Source of the DNA: Nemertoderma westbladi
Lineage: Eukaryota; Animalia; Xenacoelomorpha
Reading direction: 5' to 3'
Length of the DNA: 64,000 bases
Assembly (NCBI GenBank): GCA_032718475.1
Contig: JAUCBJ010008691.1
Location: forward strand, 48,252 to 112,251
Of this stretch, positions 1 to 13,404 are shown in pieces. The notes below the pieces were generated by a model. That model was not told where the DNA came from. It searched no databases and saw only the letters and a list, made by a program, of their open reading frames with translations. Position numbers and translations under genes: made by a program. How positions within the stretch are numbered: position 1 is the stretch's first letter; the number at the start of each line of letters is the position of its first letter.

Positions 1-862
1 TGACTTGTTGTTGGCGTGCGACTTCCTGTTGTTGTCGAGTAATTACAGACGCTGTCCTACTAACGTCGCCAATGTCGCTCCGCACACTAACGAACGATCT
101 ATCCAGTGGTGGAATTTGGTAGGCTCGCAAGCCTTCCGTAGTTGGAACTTCCGTCGTCCCTCGCGGTTCGACTTCCGGTTCTTCGATCAGTACGCCGTTT
201 CTACAAAGAAAATTGGTGAGCGTCTCTAACCTCCCGTCCAGGCAGTATAGTTCTTCTTCCTCTTCGGGTTGTAACAACGCGTCCGAAACTGACTCACCCA
301 ACAGTTGGTCGAGTTGCTCCTGTTGAGCCAATCTTATTACTGACTTAAACTGGATAAGGCTTTCCCTCGCACTTACCAACTTATCTATTATCTTTACCTG
401 AGTAAAGTTGTTGCCACGCAACTCTGCAAGTTTGTGTAAACCTTTAAGTTTATCTACGGAAGCATGTACCCTACTTTCGATCCTTACCTGTAAGGTGTAG
501 AACTCGTATCTCAACATCGGGGCGGTTAACTCATGTAGAACGCGAAAACCTTCTCCGAAGTTTCGAGTAATCTGGGCCATGTGTCCTCCTATACTCCTAA
601 TAATGTTCTCCTGGCTTCCAGTCTATCTTACCATGTCTGGTTCCCGCGATCTGGTCTGCGGGACGGTAAGGAAATCTTCGATTCTGCCGTCGCCACGCGT
701 TGCGGCTTCCGGTATTTCCGTTCGGGGTATCGGCGATGCACGCGGTGTGACATCGGTAGAATCTCGGGTTCTCCTTCTCGGTTCGTCTACTGTCAATCTG
801 TCCGGGTCGCACGAGTCATAGTCGGTAGGTGGGTATCGAGTCGAATGTGGTGTATCACTCAT
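1..862 (-). pseudogene. gag: BEL/Pao gag N-terminus with in-frame TAG at 623-625; frame stays open to the window edge
   Basis: ATG at 862 gives MSDTPHST...DYDSCDPD. After the stop the frame continues IGGHMAQITRNFGEG...EFYTLQVR, colinear with the 968-aa gag ORF. Confidence 0.8.
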
Positions 863-1788
863 GTCTATTATATACGTCAAGTACGGGTAATAAAATGTCA
901 AAGTATCAGAATGTCGAAATGTCAAACTTAACTCGGTATATATATATACTATATATATACCCTAACCGGTACAAATAAAATTAACAAAGTATATAATAAA
1001 ATATAATAATCTAGCCTACCGGCTAAATTTGTACAAATAAGTGAAATAACGGTATATGTTACCAAAATGTAGATCAACAAGTACAAATAATAGGCAAAAC
1101 AGCAATGTCTAACGGGAAAATAAGTACCAACAACACTACTAATTAGACAGTGAAACCCACAAATTTTGAGTACTACTGTGCTCTTAAGTTTGAACGACAC
1201 GAGTCGTAAAACTTACGCTCCTTTGATCTTCCAGTCGTGCAAATTCCCAAATACAAACTGGACGTGGGTTGTTCCGTTTTTCGGCGTCGCGGACGAATTT
1301 TGTGTCTCCCAAACTTGCGAAAAGCGGTCTAATCCTCAAAGCGGTCCAGAAATGAGTCCTTGAGTCCTGAAAAGTCAAAGGTGAGAGTTTCACTTCTACT
1401 CTACGAAAAATATTCCTAGGTACTGATACAACTTGGTCTTTAAACCCTATGTACCTTTTCAAGTACCGAAAAGTAACACCGCACACACACAGCGTAAAAC
1501 AAATTGCTATAAACTAACTATTAGCTAGTCAAATATTAAATACGAAACTACTAGCTACCCTAAAGGCCTACTGAAGCAGGGGACGTTCTACAAATTACTA
1601 ATTTTGCTAATTTTAAATTGTAAATATCTCCGGCTTTTACAATAGCTAACAATATATTTATATATATATATACCTCACCTTTGGGATATATTTACCATTT
1701 GCAAATCGCAATTTGCAAATTAAGCAATAAATATACCTCACTGTAAAGTCCTCTACGGTAGGGGCTATCCTACGGCCTACAAATCTAC

Positions 1789-3829
1789 TAATATGAAGCT
1801 ATAGAATATCTCTAACTGTAAAGTTCAGTAGTATACCGCTTACCAGATCCTAGTAACGATGTATCTTACCGTAAGATCTAGTATTGAAACGGGCTCGTAC
1901 AGTATCTGACAACAAATCCCAGTCCAGGATATCTAAACAAACAGATACAATACACAAACGACTACTGGCGAGGAGCAGAGCCTAGTGTCTATTCTATGTA
2001 CGTGAGCGGGTCTAATGCCTACGAACTAGACAAAAGGAAACCTGTCCTCTAACCGGTGAAGCAGATGTACAGTTACAGTAACAGACCAAACTCACGGGAA
2101 AACAATCCCCACGCAGCGAATCCTAACTATCGCTGACAGTCCTAAATACCGTAACTTGCCGCGGTGTGATTTATATGGTTTATATACGAGCTAGGTGGTT
2201 AACAGACCTAGTGTAACAATACTGATCTCCCTGTCTGAATCAGTCTAAAAAAGGTCGTGCCTAATGTAACAATACTGCTGAGCAGAAAACAACAGTTTAA
2301 TAACGAAAATGAAATACTCCTTCTTGCCGTAACTAAATATCAGATCCTAATTCTACAATGCAGATAAATTCTGCCTAAAAGTAAATCGCGCTATCTAGTA
2401 GGAACTCTAAGGGTAAATATGTTTTAGGGCGTGTGTGTGTGGGTGTGTTACAATAAAACAATTTTGGTGTATTTTACTAGGTTTTAGTAATTCTCTGACC
2501 AAAACAATACCGTGCGCTAGCTACTAAAATAAACTAGTCGCGTTTTGTAGAACTTTATACTTCCAAATGACGTCAAAGCTCTCTCCTTCCTATCCACAAC
2601 TCAACCGGGCAACCACGGTGTTAGTAACTACACCCGTGATCAGCACAAATACCAGATTCTGGTTGTAAGATAAGAAATAGGGGTTAATTGCTACCGTACG
2701 TTAGCTGATCTGGTACACAAATTTGATTCTAGAACTTTGTTGCTGCGGTAGTTAGCAGCAATACCTATCAGTATGTGGCAAGGTGCGATAGGATATTAAT
2801 AAAACCTCCCTAGGCCAAGCGGTGTGCCGGTAGCAGAAATACTCCTTGCCTTATCAAATAACTAAGTTCAGACAAGGGGGGGGGGGGGGGGGGGGTACTA
2901 ATGTATATTCTACAAAGCGAACTGGTACCAAACGGTCAGTGGTGTGAATCACTAAATTATGGAACATATGCTGTCTGTACCTAATATGTACTCGCATACT
3001 GACGGACGGCAATAGTTCGCACCTGCAAGGTATACAGGTTAACCCAGGGATTTGCAATACTGACAGGGGGGGGGGGGGGGGGGCTCAGTCAGAATATAGT
3101 TATTTGATCCTAAATTTTGCGGTGTCCCAGAACGGCGTCACGCTTACCCTGATCTATAGGTCTTACGTCGGGCAAGGGTGTCAAACAAAGTCTTACCTTC
3201 CTCGGAAATCGGGCGCTGCATGGCAAGGTGGAGTATTTTAGGGCAAAGGGGGTGCGCGGTCTAATCTAATGTGGGCGCTAGCGTGTTGTGGACATCATTT
3301 CCCTGCGTTGCTGACGGCCTATCGGTCTAGGCAGCCATCTTCCTAATGCTTGGCTGTCCCAAAGGTGGACGTTTCGAAATATACATGCTCAGAAGTTTAC
3401 AGTATATTTACAGTTGATTAGTGTGTATGATAACCGAAGGCAAACCAGCCTTTATATACTAAATCTGGGACATAGAATCCGCTAGAACCTTCCAGAGCAT
3501 TCCATGGCCTCACATTGGAGCAATAAGATGATCTATGCCCTATGATTGGCCCAACTCATCGTTCCATGTGTTCTACGCACCTCATTGGTTTATCAAATTG
3601 TACCAAATGAAAATAAATTGCCCCAAAATGCAAATTTCCCGACTGGGATTCGAACTCGTAACCTATCTGTAATGCAACCAACGCCTTAACCATCTGACCA
3701 CTACACCATGAGATTAACTACGGGTTTTATGTGTACTAATATGAATAGGCATATTACATTACTGTAACTTAATCAAAATGCGTCAGATTTTAGAAAGTTT
3801 TTACATTAAACTAGAAATGCTATCTTATA
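1789..3829 (-). repeat. 5' LTR of the left BEL element (boundaries by analogy)
   Basis: Junction ctac|taatatgaag mirrors ctac|taattgaag of the 20-kb element. Shared TATA block (3449-3464), CCAAT boxes and tRNA-like unit. Confidence 0.6.
3625..3707 (-). ncRNA. tRNA-like Pol III unit (A box, B box, T-tract) in U3 of the left LTR
   Basis: Minus strand reads GGTGTAGTGGTCAGATGGTTAAGGCGTTGG...TAGGTTACGAGTTCGAATCCCAGT...TTTT. No complete cloverleaf. Confidence 0.6.
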
Positions 3830-3870
3830 GTGAAATAATCCATCACCCTAGACCCAATTAACAAACAGAA

Positions 3871-5630
3871 CGACATAAACACCCGCGGAGACGTTGCGCT
3901 AAACATAGTTTTACTCGCTGTACTTATGGGAGTTTTGAGCAAAACTTGTTCGACGTACCACCTACGCTCGCTTGACTCAAATGATCCTTAAGTAAACCTA
4001 TGCTCAGAGTTTCGGAATACTCGGTCAGACCTCCTCATTTCCCGGTGCGGCCGCAGACTCTCGACTCTAACAGTATGACAGATCCTCCTGAGTTGTACCC
4101 ATTCTTCAAAGATCTGGTGTTACCCAAACAATTAGTCGGGGGCACTCTGGTTGTGGGCTCTTTGGAGATTTTCCCCTCCTACTTAGCCGGATTGGGATGC
4201 AGACATCGAATATCTCCGTTCAACCCGTATAATCATCCCGGTTTGACTCCGATACAACCTGTCACCGAGGTGGAGGAAAGTGTCATACGGAACGCACTGG
4301 ACGCGATTTGGCGAAAGATCGGAAAGGGAACCTATGATTGTTTAGACAAACGTAGATTACATAAACAAGTCCAAGCGGTAAAAGAATTAGCTTTACCTTT
4401 GTTCGATCGCGAAATCGAGAATCTGGAAGGAGATATTGAACGTGGACGTACATATTCGTTACAAGAATTCTTAGACAAACGCTTTAAAAGTCAAGCGGAG
4501 GAGAATCAGCTCAAGGAGAAACATATCGAAATGGACGAGAGAGAAGAAGCAGCATTAGCCTAACCTGAAGCTCAAATAATTATGACTGATCTCTATTCCA
4601 AAACCATCATTCATCCTTCAATGGTTCCTCATTTCGAAGATCAACTCTTTGCGACAGCACACCTCAACTGGTTGATATCAACTTGAGATCTCGAGATCTT
4701 ATCGCTGATGCTCCTATGTTACAACATCCGCCGATCGAAGCTGCTCGTGTCGACGGTATACTCGTTGAACCTCCAGACAATCGAGCGGAGCTTGTCCGTC
4801 ATATGGTACACGAGGTTAACATATGCGCTAGACCTTTACAGAACTCATTTTACGGGATCAAAGACCACCCCTACTATGTCCATTTAACTCAATATTATAT
4901 GGTAAAACCCGAAGATCCTATACATAGTTTAAAGTTTCTACCATTGATAAATCCCCTCGACCTTGTTGAACTTGAACAACTACAAAAACATTTAGATCAA
5001 TTAGTTAAAGCAAACTCATTTAGAAAACCTTATAATGTTTCAAGAATAGAAAATGACGCAATACCTCCATATAATCTCGATGGATTTATTAAAACTTGAC
5101 TAGTCAATTGGAATTTATATGTATTGTTTGAGGAAGAAAGAATACGATGAGTTATTCATAAACGCACACCCCGAGTTACAAGGAGTTCATAGACAACCAT
5201 ATGAATACAAAGCAAGGGAACGCAAATTAGAAAACACAATTAAACCGAAAAAAATTTCTCACTACATACGGTCAACCTACTGCTGTCGTACAGACAACCA
5301 ATCAAGGACCAGTACGAGCTGCCATCCTGAAACGAGCCCTAAAGGTTGTCCAATCCCGATCTACCGATATCGATATTGATCAACCGGGTACTTCGACCGG
5401 TGGATACACCAACCGCAATCCTAACCCTTCAGATGCAATTGAATTGCACCCTTCCCCCAGGAGTTATAGCCCTCCTAGTAAAGTGGCTCGCCCCAAAGAG
5501 AAGAAGACTCTCACCAGTCTTAAAAACCTTTGTAAATGCCGTTCGCGAAAGAATGACTGATAGTTTAGAGTATTTTAAATATTTGAAACTGGGATATTTT
5601 ATAGACTTAAATCCCATTTTCTGGGAGTGG
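3871..5630 (+). pseudogene. Internally deleted, degenerate homolog of the ORF3 (exonuclease/zinc-knuckle) protein, from LTR family B
   Basis: IHSLKFLPLINPLDL...NLDGFIKT aligns with ORF3 ISNLEFLPAVVFSDM...NLKGYLTKT. DNA matches 27864-28350 and 50100-50490. Ends in purine tract GGGAGTGG directly before LTR-B. Confidence 0.7.
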
Positions 5631-6591
5631 TGTAAAAGCTTTTGCGGATAAAATAAGTAATTTTGCGCAATGCGCTAAGTACTTTAAAAGGGCTTAGAAT
5701 TGTACAACTACGTGTCTGTCAAAAACCCAGAGTTGGAATGACAAAATCTACCAGCTGTTCCTTTGTGTGAGGAATCGGCCTTTGTTGACACAGATTTAGC
5801 CAATCAGAGCGATCTCTCTTTCTCTGTTGACATTGGCCTACGGGAGATGACGCAATATGGCAGTTTTCCGAGAATTCATACTTAATTCAGGATTCATTCG
5901 GACAATCTGACTTTCAGACTTTCGCCCTAACATCAGAGGCTTAGAGTCATAGGAATGCAAATCTATTAACAATTCAACACAATGCATCGTAACTCATACA
6001 TACTGACTGATTTCACTGCGCTGTTTTCTAATATACTGTTTTATATTATTGTTAATTACTTTTTATATTAATCAATGTTATATTTGGAGAATACTGATGG
6101 ATAATTATAAAATCCCCCTAGACTTTCTTAATTACTGAGGTAAGCAGAAGGGTGTATCAGTAGCAATTGTGGCTCAATTGATAGTGGTTTTTGTGTGAAA
6201 TAAATGCTATTTCATAATCCCAACGTACTTGAGTTGCAATCCTCCTTATATATGATCAAAATCAGTGACAGTCGGCAAATCAGTGTACATTAGTGTGAAG
6301 TTAATGTGAAGGTTAATAAAGCATTACTAAAGAATGCGCCATTTGCGATACTTATTGCCCCTAGTTGTGATTAGTGTAAGTCATAACTCTGTTTGATCCT
6401 TGAAACGCCACGTCCCAAAGGAACTGTTAATATTTCCCCGAAAGTAAAATAGTTGTTGGAGATTATATAGTAGTGATCAATCGAATATTACAAAGTAGCC
6501 TGCTACAATATACTGCTCTAAAACAGAATCCAGTCTCCCACACAGTGGGTCAAACGCCAAGCTAAGCTGGCTTCAGCTGATGTCAATTAGT
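5631..6591 (+). repeat. LTR family B, 3' LTR (3'-truncated)
   Basis: Starts TGTAAAAGCTTTTGCGG right after PPT-like GGGAGTGG. Homologous to 15816-16842 and 54488-55569. Confidence 0.8.
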
Positions 6592-7325
6592 CAATATGAA
6601 TCAATCGATGTGATGAATAGATGTCAGTTGAAATGAATATAATCAAAGTATTTACTATAGTCATATGTAACCTTTTTCCAACTAGCTACTGGGACTGGGG
6701 ACCAATTGACTATGGCAGGAGGACGGGACACTAGACGAATCACACTTCTAGAGTGCGACGGCACAAAAAGGGGAGGGTGAGGCTCGTCAGAGGTGAGTGG
6801 AGTGAAATAAGCGAGGGTTGAGTATAGGAGTATGAGGAAATATGGAGAGGAGGTGTTGACGTGTGTGAAAGCTAGAGGGGTGCAATTCAAATGTGGGGAG
6901 CGAGCTGTAAGAGAGAGAGTAAGGGGCGATAGGGCCCATAAGAGATAGAGTAAAGCGAGAATAGAGTGAGTTCAGAGCGAAGTAGTATAAACAAAATTGT
7001 GTGAAAGAGAGTCCACAATTGTCTCGAACAGAGCACCAGATACCTTGGTGCAACATAGCTCGCGATTGCACCAAGGAGGGGTAGCAATATCATACCCAGG
7101 GGGGGGGCGGCCTGGAAAGCCAACCCCGAGAAATTAACTCCACCCTACACCCGATATTAGATCGGGTTCCAGCGGAATTGAAGCGCACTTGAGGTTGATG
7201 CTATCTTCTCACCGGGAAGATAGCATGGGGGGGAGTGTAAGTGGATTCAATTCCACTTCATTACCCACAAGAAAATGGGCTAGTGGCATTTTAGCAATAT
7301 GTTGGGGATACGAGATTACCAATAT

Positions 7326-9131
7326 CCCAGTGAAAAGTGCGCAAGCGTATCACAAGCGTGCAACAACCAGGCATATCTCATGTGATTCGCAAGAGTTATG
7401 GCCCGACCCTTACGCAAGCGACCCACTTGAGTTATGTCCCATAAATATCGCAACAGCTTGCGTTCAGTCGCATAGAACCCACTTGCGATGCGCTTGTGAT
7501 TTGCTTGCGACTTACATGTGTTTCCATGCGTTCAGTCGCATATATATCGCAACTGCTTGCGTTCATTCGCATAAATATCGCAACAGCCTGCGTTCTGTTG
7601 CATAGAACTCGCATGCTATTCACTTGTGACTTCCTTGCGCCTTGTGACTACTTGGGTGTTGTGATATATATATATTTATTATAATATATAATATATTTAT
7701 AATATATTGCCAAATATATAAATAGAATTAATTTAGTGCCAATTATATTTATGCCTTGTCCGGATTTAATTATTATAAAATAGAACAAACACTGTCCGAG
7801 TGCAAAATACTTTACACTTTTACTGAGTGTGTAATAATTTAAACTATCATTGCCAACCAATCCCCAGTATAAAATGTGTCTCACGTAACAAAGCATTCTT
7901 TAATAAACAATTATTTATTATAAACCATTACCGATGATCGACCTGAAATGTTCACTTTCTTTGCGAGTTGTCTTGACATTAACGCTTCAAATTGTCGACA
8001 AAGTGCATTTCTAAAATTACAACCCCCTTGCAGTGATAAATACGAAACTACATTGTACATTAGGATGTTCAGCTAGAGCTATCAATTCCTCTATCGTATT
8101 GGCTGGACGAAGATCAGAACTTTTTCCTTGGGGTTCATTAATCGTTGCCTGCATTTCTAATTTTCCCAATATAAAGAAAAGTTGCGCCTGTACCTGCTGA
8201 CCGGTACCGGCTGACTGCACGCAGCAGGGCCGGTACCGGTTATGCCTACAGGCCTAGTTCTGTAGTTTGATTTTGATAGAATAGTAGCCTACCAGCCTAC
8301 AGTACCATATGCCGTAACAGTACAGCAGTGCAGTAGTCAGGTAGTACAGGTACCGGTACTGCGGTAGACATAGGCGTAGAATGGAATGAACAATGAGCAC
8401 AGTCTGACAGTAGCATAGCACTGACAGACTGAAGTAGCAGTACAGCAGTGAGTACTGGATCTGGTCTGGAGTAGGCCTACGCCCTACACGCCGCTCATGG
8501 CACATGGCAGCACAAGACACGGCCAGTCCCAGTCTGCCAGTCAGTCAGCCTACTGCTGTACTGCAGATAGCAGATACCGGTAGGCTATAGACAGCTGGAC
8601 AGTTAGTGCTAGCTTGACCATCAAAGCAAACTGCCTGACTGAAGCAGGCCTACCTGCCAGCCTGCCTACTGCTGTAGTTGTGACTGTGAGTGACTCCGTA
8701 GGCAGTTCACAGTCACTACTTGCTGACTTGCTACAACTATGATACCGGTACCTGTAGTTCCAAAACAGCAGTACTGCAACTGCAATGTACTGAATACATT
8801 CTGATATTCAGTACATACCGGTACAGCAGTAAGTCAGCCAGTACAGTTAGTTCTGTAGTTGTAGGGTTGTAGCGCCAGAAATTCAAATTCAAATATGCCT
8901 GCAAAAGGCATAACAGCATTGGGTACAAATGAGTGATAAATCTCAAGAAATTCACAAGTATTGATTTCACAAATTTCTTTAATAGTGATTCCAATGCGTT
9001 TTTTCGCATGAGATAAAACGAATGTGATTCGCAAGTGTATCGCAGGAGTTTTATCACTAATAATTTTTCCGCAAGAATAACGCATGGTGCATGAATATCA
9101 CTTGCGATTCGCTTGCGCACTTTTCACTGGG
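7326..9131. mobile_element. Non-autonomous TIR DNA transposon, CACTA/EnSpm-like
   Basis: TIRs CCCAGTGAAAAGTGCGCAAGCG / CGCTTGCGCACTTTTCACTGGG, 2-bp AT flanks, subterminal repeats at 7440-7620. No transposase seen. Confidence 0.75.
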
Positions 9132-9740
9132 ATCAATCTCGTATCATAACCAACATTGGGGGGGGGGACACATGCCCCGAAGCCACATAGAAAGGATGGG
9201 GGGGGGGGGGGCGACACATGCCCCGAAGCCACATAGAAAGGAAGGTTAGAGGTCAAACCACCTCGGAGGGAACACAGCTAGTAGAGGCTAGCAGCGGGGG
9301 GGGGGGGGAACACTCCCAGAGAATGAATGCCAAGGTGACAAGTAGTATATTAGCCAATAGAAGGGAGGGAAACACGTGATAGGGAACAGCAAAGCATCCA
9401 TTGGGTAGAAGGCCAAAGTAGAGTAAGAAGGTGAAGCAATATTCATTCAATGTATTAGCCATATATTATCTCAGATTGTTAGATTATATAATCAGTTGTG
9501 TTATTCAGTTTAGGGCAGTCCGGTCATAGTTATTGACCGACACCGCCATACCGGTAACTATATTCAGTTATTCTGCAATTTCTACATTGTGCTATTATCG
9601 AACGTATTAACTAATAACGAGACAACAATAACTCTCATTGTTTTTACCCAACGGCCTCGGCCAAAGCTATTAGCAGGATCCCCAAAGCAGAACGGTGACG
9701 CGTACTCTAACAAAACCGGTCGGGATCTCTGATCCCGTCA

Positions 9741-9900
9741 ATTTATTCTATTTAATAAATACACGATGTTCTGGAACATTTTGTTTAAGTATGAATAGCT
9801 ACGCAATAGATGTATTGGATAGGAATACCGCTGTTGCCAACCAGATCATAAAATAAATAACACATTCTAGAATTTTGTGTATTTATTAAATAGAATAAAT
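9741..9900. repeat. Short inverted-repeat element (MITE-like)
   Basis: atttattctatttaataaatacac (9741-9764) is the reverse complement of gtgtatttattaaatagaataaat (9877-9900). Confidence 0.55.
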
Positions 9901-10619
9901 GGCCTGCAGCGAACGATAATTCTTGCAATCTTTGAACGCCTATTTCTCAGCTGTTTCTCAACGAAATTCAGATATTGTTACATATTTGGAATCCTTGCAA
10001 CACAAGCTTTTTAATGATATGAAAAAATTACGACTAATGTGAAAATGGCCACGATACGAAGGGTGCGATTTCGCAAAAGACACTTTTTTTAAAACGCTTA
10101 TAAAAAAAAATTAAAGGCAAAATCGAAAATTCCGGCTTCATGGGGTGGGGTCATCGACGGTGAGTGGAACTAGTTGTGTTTCAAATTTCAAGCATTATGA
10201 TAAAGATTTGTAGAAAAATCTGGGGGGGTCCGTGTCATCAGAAAATGACACTATATTACGGGGCATGGTGTATATATATAGTATGTAAATATAGTTAGTA
10301 TTTTATTGATTTTTAAATATTAATTTTATTCTTACAAAGCTATATTGCTAGGAGTTTATTTGCAGGAAGTTTTATTTATCACATGCCAGGTTTCATAGCA
10401 TAATAGGTAGTGTACTAATATATACCGTACGTATTTAAATTTAGTAACGGATAATCACTGATTATATCTATAAAATTATTGATAATGGGAAGTGCTGTAC
10501 ATATAGGAAGTGTAAGATCATCTTAAGCGAAGTTTGTAGTATTGTAGTAATTAATATGCTGAATAATTTAATTACATCAGCCTTATAAATATTAAATTAT
10601 TTAATTTTTTAAATTTCAG

Positions 10620-11763
10620 CCGGAAATTGATTTAATAGGAAAACCATCAATTTCTTCAGTGGGCCCAGGTCCTACAGGCAATGACGGGGACAACACAACA
10701 TGTTTGAATGTTGTTGGAACACCTCCACTATTCTACTATGTTGTTCTTGAAACACCATTTAACGTGGTCAGGATTGACGTTTATGGCCAGAGTAACCTTG
10801 TCGGAATGCAGGTAAGATGTAAACATTAGTTATATCCATTTCAATACAACTCCAATCTCCAAACTAAAATGGCAACTGAAGAAGTTCAATTAAAGAATTT
10901 CGCCGGAAATTGAAATACTAATAGACTGGGCATTGGATCTAGGGCCAAGTTCCAATACAGAAAATGTTGGTATTTTCTATATTTGATTGGGTGTCGTTAG
11001 TTCTAAAGTACTTTACTTTATAGTTCCAAACCGGATGTTGAGATTGTATTGCTGACTATATTGAAGTGAAGGAAAAATTGAGGATGATTAGAGAAATGAA
11101 GGTTATGAAATGGAACTACTGCAAATCGTGCACCGAATTTCCAATCGCAGTCCTTATCACTTTTGCCATAATTTGATTTTATTAAGATTTAATTATTTTC
11201 ACAAAAGGCCTAAAGAAATGTTTTTTTTTCAATAGTAATAAAATGTGGAATTTTATTACTGACTAATGACTTAACGCCAGGGCTCGATGAAAGACGATCG
11301 GCATTACTCAAGATTTCTTAAAATATTCAGTTTTTTTCATTTTTCTCAAAACTACAAAAATCGACTTAGGGGGTTTTGTCGAATTACCGACGATATGACC
11401 TCGAGGTAGCACGAATTTAGTTCCAATGGAAGCGAATTTAGTTCCAATGGATGCGAATAATAACAATAATACCCTGCTCCCCCAGGTCTCATATATTTTG
11501 TCTTTGACAAAAAAACATTATCTTTGATTATTTTAGAACTTATTTTCATGTTACAGGTGCGAGTGACGGATGACCCGGGTAATCAAAATCCACCTCCCGA
11601 GGAGATCTGCGACACAATAGACCCCAGCGATAGAGACCCTAACAACGCTTTACGCTACATATTGAACTGCCCCCCTGGTGGGTTAAGTGGAACCTACATT
11701 CTCCTTGGCCATATTACTGCCTTTGATGTGTGTGAGGTGAAAGCATATGGAAACGGAATGTAG
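10620..11763 (+). CDS. Spliced host gene with divergent F-type lectin (FTP/F5-8C-like) domain; exons 10620-10811 and 11557-11763, start exon not identified
   Basis: tttcag|...|gtaag and ttacag| splice sites in phase 0. Product PEIDLIGKPSISS...NDGDNTTC...YYVVL...VRIDV...MQVRV...C...C...GTYILL...VCEVKAYG follows the F-type lectin pattern. A possible signal-peptide exon lies at ~10340-10389. Confidence 0.7.
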
Positions 11764-11880
11764 ATTGATTGGTTGCAAAAACTTTATTAAACAACATAAT
11801 TATACATTTTGTGGTGGGGAAGTAGTCTAACATAATCTTAGGGAATTTTGTTTAAAACTCTGTGCCCCCCCCCCCCCTCC

Positions 11881-12030
11881 CCCAGTTTATTAAAAAATGT
11901 GCCAGTTTATTAAAAAATGTGCCAGTTTATTAAAAAATGTGCCAGTTTATTAAAAAATGTGCCAGTTTATTAAAAAATGTTCCAGTTTAATAAAAAATGT
12001 GCTACTCTATTAAAAAATGTGCTAGTTTAT
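11881..12030 (+). repeat. Minisatellite, 20-bp unit ccagtttattaaaaaatgtg, ~7 copies
   Basis: Direct tandem copies visible. Confidence 0.9.
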
Positions 12031-13015
12031 TCTATTAAAAGATGCGCTGAGTGTATTAATAAATTATGTCATGTTAATTAATAGCTTTAAAGGTGTGCAG
12101 CGTTAATTAAAATTTGCAATTATACTGTAGAACTATTAAATAAACGTTAATCATTAATTATAAATTGTTACAATTTCCTTGCAAAATGTTCCTTGTTTAT
12201 TTTGGTTTGTTGTGTATAACCCGAAAATCGACGTAAAAACAGCCAATTGGTGGTGATAGATGTATTTACTTTATTCACTTACTCTGGTGCTTTGAAGTCA
12301 AATTTAATTTGGACGAGATTCTCCACATTAATATTTAATTATATATATCCACCCAGATAATTAATAGATACTCCGTATAATCTACAACACTAAAAGTTGT
12401 TCCATACATACCAAATGCAATAGATTCATCCTTAGCCAATTCATTTAAAGCTAAATTTATTAGTCCTACGTTATAATAAAGAATTTTTTGGCTGAACAAA
12501 TTAGTTACTGCTAATTCCGCCGGTGATTAACTAATCAGTTAGTAATGTATTTTCAACATTTGGACTTGAATTTAATATTACATTAATGCCAAGTCAAACA
12601 TTTGCCAAAATTGAGTGGTATTATATCAAATATCTAACTCTATTTAAATAATATACACTGTACCTATAAATTCAAAATATTTTTAAATAATCATTTTTTA
12701 TCATCCCACAGGAAACAAACAAAACGTTATTTCCACAGAACTTGAGATTATTTTATTATTTTATTATTTTATTACCCTTCCTGCCTGCACCGGGGCGGGT
12801 GAAAGTTATGCACTATAGGGTTCACTATTATAGGCTGTGAAACAACCAGCAGCCATTCTATCCAACCCTATTATTTTTACATTCCAACACTTGGTTTCTG
12901 GTGGGCTGGGAGTGAGGCAGATCGAACAAGTAAAAACTAGTGAAGCCGCGGATTGAAACCTAGGACCTTAAGGATACAAGTGCAGTAGAGCATTACTGAA
13001 CGCATATTACCAATT

Positions 13016-13260
13016 GGGGTGTCGTTTCAGTCTATTTTAACATATTAAATTAGACTTAATTTCGCGAATATTTATTTTCGATATTCACCATTTAAGGTAC
13101 CTTTTAAAGGAAAGTAGCAGGTTATAATGGTAGGCTGTTCTAACCAAAACAATAAACTAAATTTAGGAAACACAGTTCACAGTAAAATTTTTACTTCTAG
13201 GCACTAATTTTTCAATATTAATTTAACATTAACCCTATGGGGAGACTGAAACGACACCCC
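13016..13260. mobile_element. MITE
   Basis: TIRs ggggtgtcgtttcagtct / agactgaaacgacacccc, both flanked by aatt. Confidence 0.7.
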
Positions 13261-13404
13261 AATTGGCAATTTGCTTACTGAACTGCCTCATGTTAAATTA
13301 CAGAACATAAATTGTTTGACACAACAGATTTGGCAGAATAAATATTATTTATCTTAAAGTTAGCCTTGATTAGTTTATAAATTGACATAAAACGGCTCCC
13401 TATT

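Larger units (their letters stand above)
1..3829 (-). mobile_element. 5' part (5' LTR, leader, gag start) of a second, diverged BEL/Pao element related to the 20-kb element; runs off the left edge
   Basis: Gag N-terminus is homologous to 44400-45176 (RGDGRIEDFLTVPQ vs RGDGRTEDFLTVPQ; EFYTLQVR; DQLLGESVSD). Leader 863-1500 resembles 46400-47100. LTR blocks shared with 29012-30911: ttgccgcggtgtgatttatatggtt, cgcagcgaatcctaa, cctttatatactaaat. Right boundary approximate. Confidence 0.85.

Noticed and set aside
11881-12030. CRISPR-like array
   Set aside because: Head-to-tail repeats without unique spacers, in eukaryotic context with no cas genes.
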